Source of the DNA: an uncultured Rikenellaceae bacterium
GTDB lineage: Bacteria > Bacteroidota > Bacteroidia > Bacteroidales > Rikenellaceae
Assembly: GCA_910588925.1 (NCBI GenBank)
Contig: CAJURV010000033.1
Span: forward strand, 1 to 22,449
Length of the DNA stretch: 22,449 nt
Reading direction: 5' to 3'
Below, in pieces: positions 1 to 6,803 of the stretch. How positions within the stretch are numbered: the stretch's first letter is position 1; each line of letters begins with the position of its first letter. Below the pieces are notes generated by a model. It saw nothing but the letters and a program-made list of their open reading frames with translations, made no database searches and was not told the origin of the DNA. The position numbers and the translations under genes are program-made.

Positions 1-57
1 TTCGATAAGCCGAGCGCAGAAGCAAATGAAATTTGATTATGCCGAGGCGAGAAAATG
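1..57 (+). repeat. Small hairpin element (~60 nt, REP/MITE-like), + orientation, truncated by window edge
   Basis: ttcgataagccgagcgcagaagcaaatgaaatttgattatgccgaggcgagaaaatg. Homologous copies occur at 15349-15414 (rc), 18361-18420 (rc), 18442-18497 (+) and 22329-22395 (+). Confidence 0.8.
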
Positions 58-88
58 TCTGCAATTAAGCGAACGAATATTCTTCAGA

Positions 89-138
89 CTGGCGAGACGG
101 TAAGATACTATAAAACACACTGAAGGTATGCGCATTAA
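89..138 (+). repeat. Repeat unit I (copy at window start), fused directly to element A
   Basis: ctggcgagacggtaagatactataaaacacactgaaggtatgcgcattaa. It is followed immediately by cattcGGCACGAGGG, which is the start of the ~300-nt element. Confidence 0.85.
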
Positions 139-146
139 ACAACACC

Positions 147-460
147 ATTCATTCGGCACGAGGGATGAGCGGGCCGCACCTCGCGGTGGGCATAAATTTC
201 CCCCAACGGAGGCCCGCGTAAGTTCCGGCAATCAGATACCTTTTCCGCTTATTTTACACCCGGCTATCTTCTCTGCCCGCCGCGAAGCGCGGTCTCCGCA
301 GGCTCCGGCCCTTGTGACGCCGGGCAATATACCGCCAAAAGTAACATCACTACGCGGTATAACTATCATAAGGAATCGTGTTCATTTCGTCCGGGAAAAA
401 GTTCAGCTAATGCGCATACCGTAAATATCCGAATAAATTCACCGTCTCGCAAACAACCAT
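147..460 (+). repeat. Conserved ~300-nt stem-rich element, copy A (candidate structured ncRNA or non-autonomous element)
   Basis: Shares five conserved blocks, in order, with 12036-12320: GGCACGAGGGATGAGCGGGCCG; CCCCCAACGGAGGCCCGC; CTCCGGCCCTTGTGACGCCGGGCAA; GGA(A/G)TCGTGT…TCCGG…AAAAGTTCAGCTAATGC(G/A)CATA(C/T)CGT; AAATTCACCG(T/C)C(T/C)CGCAAAC. The sequence between blocks differs by indels. GCGGGCC…GGCCCGC and CCGGC…GCCGG form stems that are conserved in both copies. Both copies lie immediately 3' of a minus-strand gene. Confidence 0.8.
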
Positions 461-542
461 CTCATGCACTGTCCGGCAAGATTCAACAAAAAAATAGCCG
501 GAAGAAATTCCCTCCCGACTATTAACTATCTTCTATCGGTAA

Positions 543-2135
543 CTATTTCTTAACTATAGGAGCCGCATCGTAATCGAACGACAAGGCATCGATCCACAGT
601 TTCGACCCGGTGGCACCGCAATATCTCTCGCCGTAAACGCTCGACGTGGCTACGAGCACTATATGCGTAGGCTTGATAGTGGTAGTGCGGTACTCGAGGT
701 TTATTACGAACTGCTGGTAGTCGGTAGTAGATGCGTCGGTCTTGAACTCGCCGTACGCTACTATGTCTCTGTCGGCCTCTTTGGGACGTGCCGTGGCTCC
801 GCGCCAGTTCTCCAGATAGATGTATATGTGGCACTTGTCCGTCTCGCCTACATGCTGGGAATCCTCCGGGAATTTGTTCTGATGATATACGTCGATAATA
901 CCCGGCTGATATATGTACCACCCGGAGAGCTTGGCGGGACGACCTGTGAACGGACGCCCGAACTTGGGACTGCTGCCGGGATCCTGGACATTGGTAATGA
1001 AATCTCCGGTAAACAGGTTACCTGCTGCGAGCGGCACCCCTATTGTCACCTTCTTGGTCTCCATATAGGCGGCATACCTGCCCTCCTTTACCTTGTCGGT
1101 GACAGGATAGGTGGCACCGTCGCTCACCATGGCTATACCATCGTTACCGGTAGCCCAATACGGCGCTCCACCTTCGGCGTACGGGAACCAGCAATCGTGA
1201 TTGTTCTTCCTCTTATTAAACCACTCCTCGAAGCTCATATTGGGTATATCCACCACGTCATCGGTGGTGAATGTCTGCTCCTGCCCCCTCTCGTCTCCGA
1301 GGAAAGGACGGCATACGTATTTGGTGCCGGGCTCCAGATCGGTCATCACGGCCGTCATGGTTCCTCCCTCCAACGACACATTGCCTATGTCGGTCTTGGA
1401 CCACACCTCGTCAACATCGCGCCGGTACTCGTAGCCCATCTCCTGATTGGAACCTACGGGCACATCCGCGGTAGCGGTAGCCGTCTTGGTCCACGCCACG
1501 AGGGTCTTGCCGTTGATAGTGAAATTGGCATGCTGGGCCGATACGCGCCACTGCTCCGTACGTCCGAACATGCTCACTTCGAAGACGGTACCGTCTCCCA
1601 AAAGGTCGTATTTACGCTCGTACGGGTCGGGAGTTATCACGGCATTGGCCGGCCCCAGCTCCATCTTGTCTATCCTGACAGACGTAAGAGGCTGCGACTT
1701 GGCCACAGTAACTATCGCCACACGGTTGACGGTATCTATGGAGGCGTTGCCTACCTGATTCTCAACGTTGACGATGTAGTTGACGTCCCATTTGGCGTCG
1801 ATAGTCCACTCGTAATCCTGCCATGTACGCAACGTACAACGGTAGGGACGGGACAGGTTGAGGTTCTCCGGCATTTCGGGCACCATCTCCGTGGAGTCGC
1901 TTATCTCGTAATATATCACCCTCACGTCCGTTATGTCGTGCTCGCCGTCCACAGTGAGGCTTACGGTTCGTTTCACGTTGTCGAACTCGCTTACGCCTAT
2001 CTGTCCCTCCACCTCGAACGCTTTGAAAGAGGGCTGCCTGTTGGGATAGGGTATGTCGTTGACGATACATCCGCCCAACGACAACATCGCCGCAACGATC
2101 GTCACAAGAGTAATGTATCCGTATGCCTGTCTCAT
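543..2135 (-). CDS. Surface lipoprotein with C-terminal PCMD-like domain (paralog 1 of 3)
   Basis: 530-aa ORF. The N-terminus MRQAYGYITLVTIVAAMLSLGGC has a signal peptide and lipobox Cys. The C-terminal ~200 aa (FGRPFTGRP...KPTHIVLVATSSVYG...GSKLWIDALSFD) is clearly homologous to the C-termini of the 700-aa and 723-aa ORFs upstream. An FN3-like strand motif (GTKYVCRPF...QTFTT) precedes it. The ATG overlaps the stop of the upstream gene (ATGA), so it is the last gene of the minus-strand operon. The name PCMD (PF13201) is from memory, not from a search. Confidence 0.8.
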   Translation of the reverse strand: MRQAYGYITLVTIVAAMLSLGGCIVNDIPYPNRQPSFKAFEVEGQIGVSEFDNVKRTVSLTVDGEHDITDVRVIYYEISDSTEMVPEMPENLNLSRPYRCTLRTWQDYEWTIDAKWDVNYIVNVENQVGNASIDTVNRVAIVTVAKSQPLTSVRIDKMELGPANAVITPDPYERKYDLLGDGTVFEVSMFGRTEQWRVSAQHANFTINGKTLVAWTKTATATADVPVGSNQEMGYEYRRDVDEVWSKTDIGNVSLEGGTMTAVMTDLEPGTKYVCRPFLGDERGQEQTFTTDDVVDIPNMSFEEWFNKRKNNHDCWFPYAEGGAPYWATGNDGIAMVSDGATYPVTDKVKEGRYAAYMETKKVTIGVPLAAGNLFTGDFITNVQDPGSSPKFGRPFTGRPAKLSGWYIYQPGIIDVYHQNKFPEDSQHVGETDKCHIYIYLENWRGATARPKEADRDIVAYGEFKTDASTTDYQQFVINLEYRTTTIKPTHIVLVATSSVYGERYCGATGSKLWIDALSFDYDAAPIVKK

Positions 2136-3298
2136 TGCTTTTCCATATTGGTTCTTATCGCCCTCTCGAAATCGTCCTCGGTGGCCTGACGGGCAGATTT
2201 GCGGAACTTGTAGTTGACCGGATTCAAACCTCGCATGGAGTTGATATAGAATGCCATACCGAGATTTATGGAGAAGAGGTCTATCTTGAAGTTGGCCGAA
2301 GTTCGCGAATGTTTACCGGTCTCCACCTGATTGGTTATCTGGTTTATGGTGTTGTATTTCAACCCTAAAACACCCACAGACACCTCCACGCCCACATTAT
2401 CCGTCACAAACGCCACTATACCCGGTGCTAACCCGAGCTGCAGGCTCCGTATCTTCTGGTAGGTACCCTTGACCTCCTCCTTAGAGCTGTTGACGAGCTT
2501 ACCCTGACCGCCGCCGTAGGTAAGACGCGTCTCGTTGAACAGACCTATACGCCTCTGCGTGCCGAGATTGATATAGTTACGTAAGAATAACGAAACATCG
2601 TACTGATGTTGTATATAGGTAAGGTCGTTAATGCCGAAACTAAGGTCGTCGTTGATCTTCAGATTGACGCTCCCAACGTCGGCGGATGTGCGCGAATAGA
2701 CCAAACGCGCGCCTAACGCAGTGTTGTCGGCCACGAAATAACCGATGAACGGACTCACCTTGAACATATAGGCGTCGAGGTTTATATCCTCCACTATCAA
2801 GAACTTATAGTTATCCTCGGTGTAATCCTGAAAAGATATGTTGCCGCCGACGAGCCACTGCCCCTTGGGTACGAACACGATCTGGTCTATCCCTCGGTCG
2901 AACGGATGGCTTCGTCCGCGCATCCAGTTGTTGGCACGCGCCGACTCGCGTTCGGCATAACGCTTGGCACGGTGTTGTTCGTTGCGCTCCTGCAACGGCG
3001 AGGAGATCACGTTACGAATGGTATCTATGCCATACATTCGCTCCTCTATTGCCTTGAGCCTCTGCTCCATCATGCGCGTAAGACTGTCGAGCGACGCCGG
3101 CATCACCGGCACGTAGACCGTGTCTCTGACAGCGACGACACCGGGCTCTTTAGCGCCCTTTACTACGACCGGCACTGAAACCATAGCGGTATCCGAAGCC
3201 ATAATCGATGCCTCCGCCGCCCGACAGATAGCGGGCGACAGAAGCAATATGGCGGCCGTAAGGCCCGTAAGGCCTTTTAGTGATTGCATAAATGACAT
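2132..3298 (-). CDS. Secreted beta-rich protein, putative outer-membrane beta-barrel, unknown function
   Basis: 388 aa. The N-terminal signal peptide MSFMQSLKGLTGLTAAILLLSPAICRAAEA has no canonical lipobox. A charged coiled segment (RLKAIEERMYGIDTIRNV...RAKRYAERESARANN) follows. The C-terminal 250 aa show alternating hydrophobic/polar strand-like segments (YMFKVSPFIGYFVADNTALGARLVYSRT; GIVAFVTDNVGVEVSVGVLGLKY; FKIDLFSINLGMAFYI). It is translationally coupled to both flanking lipoprotein genes (5-nt gap upstream, 4-nt overlap downstream). Confidence 0.55.
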   Translation of the reverse strand: MSFMQSLKGLTGLTAAILLLSPAICRAAEASIMASDTAMVSVPVVVKGAKEPGVVAVRDTVYVPVMPASLDSLTRMMEQRLKAIEERMYGIDTIRNVISSPLQERNEQHRAKRYAERESARANNWMRGRSHPFDRGIDQIVFVPKGQWLVGGNISFQDYTEDNYKFLIVEDINLDAYMFKVSPFIGYFVADNTALGARLVYSRTSADVGSVNLKINDDLSFGINDLTYIQHQYDVSLFLRNYINLGTQRRIGLFNETRLTYGGGQGKLVNSSKEEVKGTYQKIRSLQLGLAPGIVAFVTDNVGVEVSVGVLGLKYNTINQITNQVETGKHSRTSANFKIDLFSINLGMAFYINSMRGLNPVNYKFRKSARQATEDDFERAIRTNMEKQ

Positions 3299-3303
3299 TT
3301 TCG

Positions 3304-5406
3304 TTAATCGAAGAGCAACTCGAACTCGTCGATGTAGAGTGTGCTCCCCTCGCCGCCTATGAAGTCGGCGCCGTACACGCTCGATGTGGCTACGAACACT
3401 ATGTGCGTAGGCTTGATAGTGTTACCCTCGCCGTCTTTCTCAAGGGTGTATTTTATGTCGAAACCACCCTCGGTATATTCAGTGACGTTATCGGCCGTCT
3501 TGAACTCGCCGTAACCCACCACTACAGGGTTCGACGGACGTTCGGAGGTGCCGTCGGGCCACTTCTCGAGACTGATATACACGTGCATTCGGTCAGTCTC
3601 GCCTATGTGCGCATCACCCCTGTTAATGGTAGTAGGCGTATATTTGTAGAAGAAACGCAACCCCGAAGGACGACCGGTATAGGGACGACCGAAATGCGGA
3701 CTATCCTTAGGACTGGATAGGTTGGTCTCAAAATATCCGGTGAAGAGGTTTCCGGCCGCAAAAGTCTTTACGACTACGGCATTGACCCACAGCGACTGCA
3801 TACGTACTCCCCGGCCCTTATATGCTTCCGGCTCGTCTACAGGCGCGGTATTGGAATTGGTCACGATGGTCACTCCGGAGTTACCGGTATCCCAATACTG
3901 ATCCACTCCGTCACCCCACGGATTCCATGTCTTACCGCTCTGGCTCCACGAATCCATATTGAGGTTGGGAATAAGCACGATGTTCTCGGTAGTGAAGCTG
4001 ACCTCGTTGCCCTCTATATCGGCGGAGATCGGACGCACCCTGTATCTGGTATCCGGCTCCAACCCGCGTACGGTAGCGGTAAAGTTCTTACCGTCTATGG
4101 TTATGTCGCTCTCGGGCAAAACGGTCCACGTCTCGTCTGCATCCTTGCGATACTCGAACGTGAGCCCCTCGGGCTGCATACCGGACGTCCACTCGGCCTC
4201 CACGAGAGCGTATTTGGCGAACGCCTCCACCCTCCTGAGGGCAGTGTTGGCATTGGACGAACGTACATTTAGACACACCGTCTGCTCTACTAACTGGCAA
4301 TGGCTGTCGAGCATCATAAGAGTGATATTGTGTTCGCCCGTCTTCATCCCGGCAGTCATACCGCTGAAGTCGATGAAGCCGGAAGAGGTGCCGATACCTC
4401 CCCATCTGAGACCTATGGCATTGAGCGCCGCTACCGTGGCCTCGCCGGCGGTGGTGAGGTTTATGAACTCGGGAAGCCCCTGCGCCACCAGCGACTTATC
4501 GTAGTGAGTGACGTAGAGCAGATCGATACCGGCCTCGGCCTCCACATCTACGCGTGCCGGTACGCTCTCGCCGAACTCAATGAGCGTGAAGCCGTCCATG
4601 TCGAGGTCCGAAGACGAGAACCGCCCCATAGGGCAACGCCCCGGAGTTATCACTATATCGTGGTCGATATCGTCGGTGTTCGGGTCGACGGATATGGACG
4701 AGTGTATGCCGCCGTCGGTTATCTCGCCGCTCTCCGACACCTTGAATGTGAGTATGTAATGCTCTCTGGCCTTTACTCCGGTGATGGTCTTGCGCATCTT
4801 GTAAACAGTCCCCTGCTTGTTGACGAGATTCAATTCCCATGTCAACGAGCCCGGATCCTTGAAATAGCCGGAACGTATCTCCTCCTCCGAGAAAGTAAGC
4901 GAAGCCTTATTGCGGTTATTCTTAACGACAGCCTTATAATAGCTGAACGCCTCGGTGACGCTATGGTCGAAACGCACGCTCACCTTTACGTTGGCTATGC
5001 GGCAAACGAGATTAACCGTCGTAACCTTACCGGTCCTTATCTCGAACGTCTCGCGCCCTACCAGATACGGACTCTCCCAATCGTCGACATCCTTGCCGTT
5101 GGTGGCCACCGCCGTGTAGGTGCCGTTATCCAGCTCTATGACGTCGGGCATATCGTTGCTGTCTTCGAACGACATCACCGCATCGCCCTTCTCATCGAGG
5201 ATCTCCACACGATAAGTGTCCGGATCGGCGGCGTAAGAGACACGTTCCACTACGGATACATCCGAAGTGATACCCTTTATATACAACCGGCCTTTGTTAC
5301 CCACCGTATGCACCGTCGGATCATTGGTACACGAGGCGCACCACACGCACACCAGCGCGGTGATCAGAAGCGCCACACGGCGTCTTATATTGTCGAACGA
5401 TCTCAT
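3304..5406 (-). CDS. Large surface lipoprotein: DUF4493-like N-domain + FN3-like + PCMD-like C-domain (paralog 2)
   Basis: 700 aa. Signal peptide with lipobox (LVCVWCASC). Its N-terminal domain is homologous to the N-termini of the 416-aa and 723-aa ORFs (…NGTYTAVATNGKD…SPYLVGRETFEIRTGKVTTVNLVCRIANVKVSV). An FN3-like motif (TRYRVRPISADIEGNEVSFTT) is followed by a PCMD-like C-terminus (FGRPYTGRP…KPTHIVFVATSSVYG…GSTLYIDEFELLFD). Confidence 0.8.
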   Translation of the reverse strand: MRSFDNIRRRVALLITALVCVWCASCTNDPTVHTVGNKGRLYIKGITSDVSVVERVSYAADPDTYRVEILDEKGDAVMSFEDSNDMPDVIELDNGTYTAVATNGKDVDDWESPYLVGRETFEIRTGKVTTVNLVCRIANVKVSVRFDHSVTEAFSYYKAVVKNNRNKASLTFSEEEIRSGYFKDPGSLTWELNLVNKQGTVYKMRKTITGVKAREHYILTFKVSESGEITDGGIHSSISVDPNTDDIDHDIVITPGRCPMGRFSSSDLDMDGFTLIEFGESVPARVDVEAEAGIDLLYVTHYDKSLVAQGLPEFINLTTAGEATVAALNAIGLRWGGIGTSSGFIDFSGMTAGMKTGEHNITLMMLDSHCQLVEQTVCLNVRSSNANTALRRVEAFAKYALVEAEWTSGMQPEGLTFEYRKDADETWTVLPESDITIDGKNFTATVRGLEPDTRYRVRPISADIEGNEVSFTTENIVLIPNLNMDSWSQSGKTWNPWGDGVDQYWDTGNSGVTIVTNSNTAPVDEPEAYKGRGVRMQSLWVNAVVVKTFAAGNLFTGYFETNLSSPKDSPHFGRPYTGRPSGLRFFYKYTPTTINRGDAHIGETDRMHVYISLEKWPDGTSERPSNPVVVGYGEFKTADNVTEYTEGGFDIKYTLEKDGEGNTIKPTHIVFVATSSVYGADFIGGEGSTLYIDEFELLFD

Positions 5407-5490
5407 TATGATACTCTATTCGTTAATAACCCGAAGCCTTGGCTGACACGTACATGCGCCGCACCGCAGACTCCGAAAAGCCACGCGAGC

Positions 5491-6741
5491 TTAGTCCACC
5501 CTATTGATGGTAAGCGTAGCATTAGCCTCTTCGCCCTTGGCATCCACCAGTCTGATGTGGAATTTATGAACGTTTACGTCGAGCATACTCATGAACGCCC
5601 CAACCGAGAACGATGCGCTGGTAGCTCCAGCGATGGGATCTTCGCCTATAAGACCGAGACCCACGAAACCCTCCTTGAGGTTATCGTCGAGATTAGCTAT
5701 GTCGAAGCTGACGGGAATATTGAAGCTACCGAGTATATCTTCTGTCAGGTACGGCGAATCTATCTCCACGAACAGGTTGGCTATACCCTCCGGAGCGGCG
5801 AAATTAACCACTACCGATGCGCTCGAAGCCTGTGCCGTATTGAACACTAACGGGTTTGATATATTGAAACCTTTACCTTTTATGGTGGGCGCACTACCAT
5901 GCACATCGTCGTCCCACGGATTGTCGATATCGCCGAAATCGCTGCCGTCACCGTCGTCGCCACCCTCCTCGGGCACCGAAACGATATGGTCTTTGTCCGT
6001 CATCGAACCGTCTATCTTGATATTGAAATCGGCCTCGCCCACGCCCATGGCGCTGACATGGAAACGATGCAGCTGGTTGGCCTCGGTCTCGTCTATCATT
6101 ATAGTGTAGGTAAGGAGGCTACCTGTCTTCTTACTGAAACCCTTGGCGGTGACGCTGAGCGGACCCACCGAGAAGAAACCGTACCTCTCCGCACCGTCCG
6201 GCGTGAACACCAATGCGCTCTTTTCAGCACCGGCGTTAGCTTTGGCTATGGTGAGGGTACCGCCGTCGAGCTGCGATGCGAAGCTCTCGTCGAAATCGAC
6301 ATGCACCGCCACGTTATGCAGCTTGCAGAGCAGGTCTACTTCGTTGAGCTGACCGTCGTAAACGCCTATGCGCTCCTCGCCCTTGAAATGAGGACTGTCG
6401 AAACCGGCCAGCTTGACATTGCCGCTCTCGGCCGTTATGGTATAGCTGCCTTTGGCAATCTCCACAACCGGGGGCATATCCGCGTAACGCTCCCATGCGT
6501 AGAGAGCGGCACCGGTGGCGTTATCGGTGAGCGTCACCCTGAAATTATCTATGTCGGCCAATGCGGCGATGGCGTTCTCCTCCTCGGTGGCATAAGTTAC
6601 TATATTGACCCCCTCCGAAGAGAGACCTATCCTAAGGCTAAGACCGTGATCCCCGTCGGGATGCGACATCTCGTCGGTACAAGAGTATATGGATGCTACC
6701 CCTGCCATCACGGCGAATGCGTATGTAAAAATCTTTTTCAT
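5491..6741 (-). CDS. Lipoprotein with DUF4493-like N-domain, an acidic linker and no PCMD domain
   Basis: 416 aa. N-terminus MKKIFTYAFAVMAGVASIYSC. The N-domain motif (GSYTITAESGNVKLAGFDSPHFKGEERIGVYDGQLNEVDLLCKLHNVAV) aligns with the N-domains of the 700-aa and 723-aa paralogs. An acidic low-complexity linker is present (EEGGDDGDGSDFGDIDNPWDDD). Same strand and operon. Confidence 0.75.
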   Translation of the reverse strand: MKKIFTYAFAVMAGVASIYSCTDEMSHPDGDHGLSLRIGLSSEGVNIVTYATEEENAIAALADIDNFRVTLTDNATGAALYAWERYADMPPVVEIAKGSYTITAESGNVKLAGFDSPHFKGEERIGVYDGQLNEVDLLCKLHNVAVHVDFDESFASQLDGGTLTIAKANAGAEKSALVFTPDGAERYGFFSVGPLSVTAKGFSKKTGSLLTYTIMIDETEANQLHRFHVSAMGVGEADFNIKIDGSMTDKDHIVSVPEEGGDDGDGSDFGDIDNPWDDDVHGSAPTIKGKGFNISNPLVFNTAQASSASVVVNFAAPEGIANLFVEIDSPYLTEDILGSFNIPVSFDIANLDDNLKEGFVGLGLIGEDPIAGATSASFSVGAFMSMLDVNVHKFHIRLVDAKGEEANATLTINRVD

Positions 6742-6803
6742 AGTCGTTATATTTTAACGAAATATTTCATGAGGCTCTTGACGGTATCTGTCGAGAAAGC
6801 CCA

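Noticed and set aside
484-520. Weak hairpin plus T7 run on the minus strand after the operon's last gene (gggaatttcttcc-ggctattttttt)
   Set aside because: The stem is only 4-5 bp. It is too weak to call a terminator with confidence. The conserved stem-rich element A that follows may serve that role instead.
663-2189. 508-aa ORF on the + strand
   Set aside because: It is entirely antisense to the 530-aa PCMD lipoprotein gene. It has no signal peptide, no domain-like features and a low-complexity G/V/L-rich composition. This is a shadow ORF.
4300-5850. 516-aa + strand ORF
   Set aside because: It is antisense to the 700-aa and 416-aa lipoprotein genes and spans their intergenic gap. Its composition is R/H/G-rich and not protein-like. 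The minus-strand genes have strong paralogy support.
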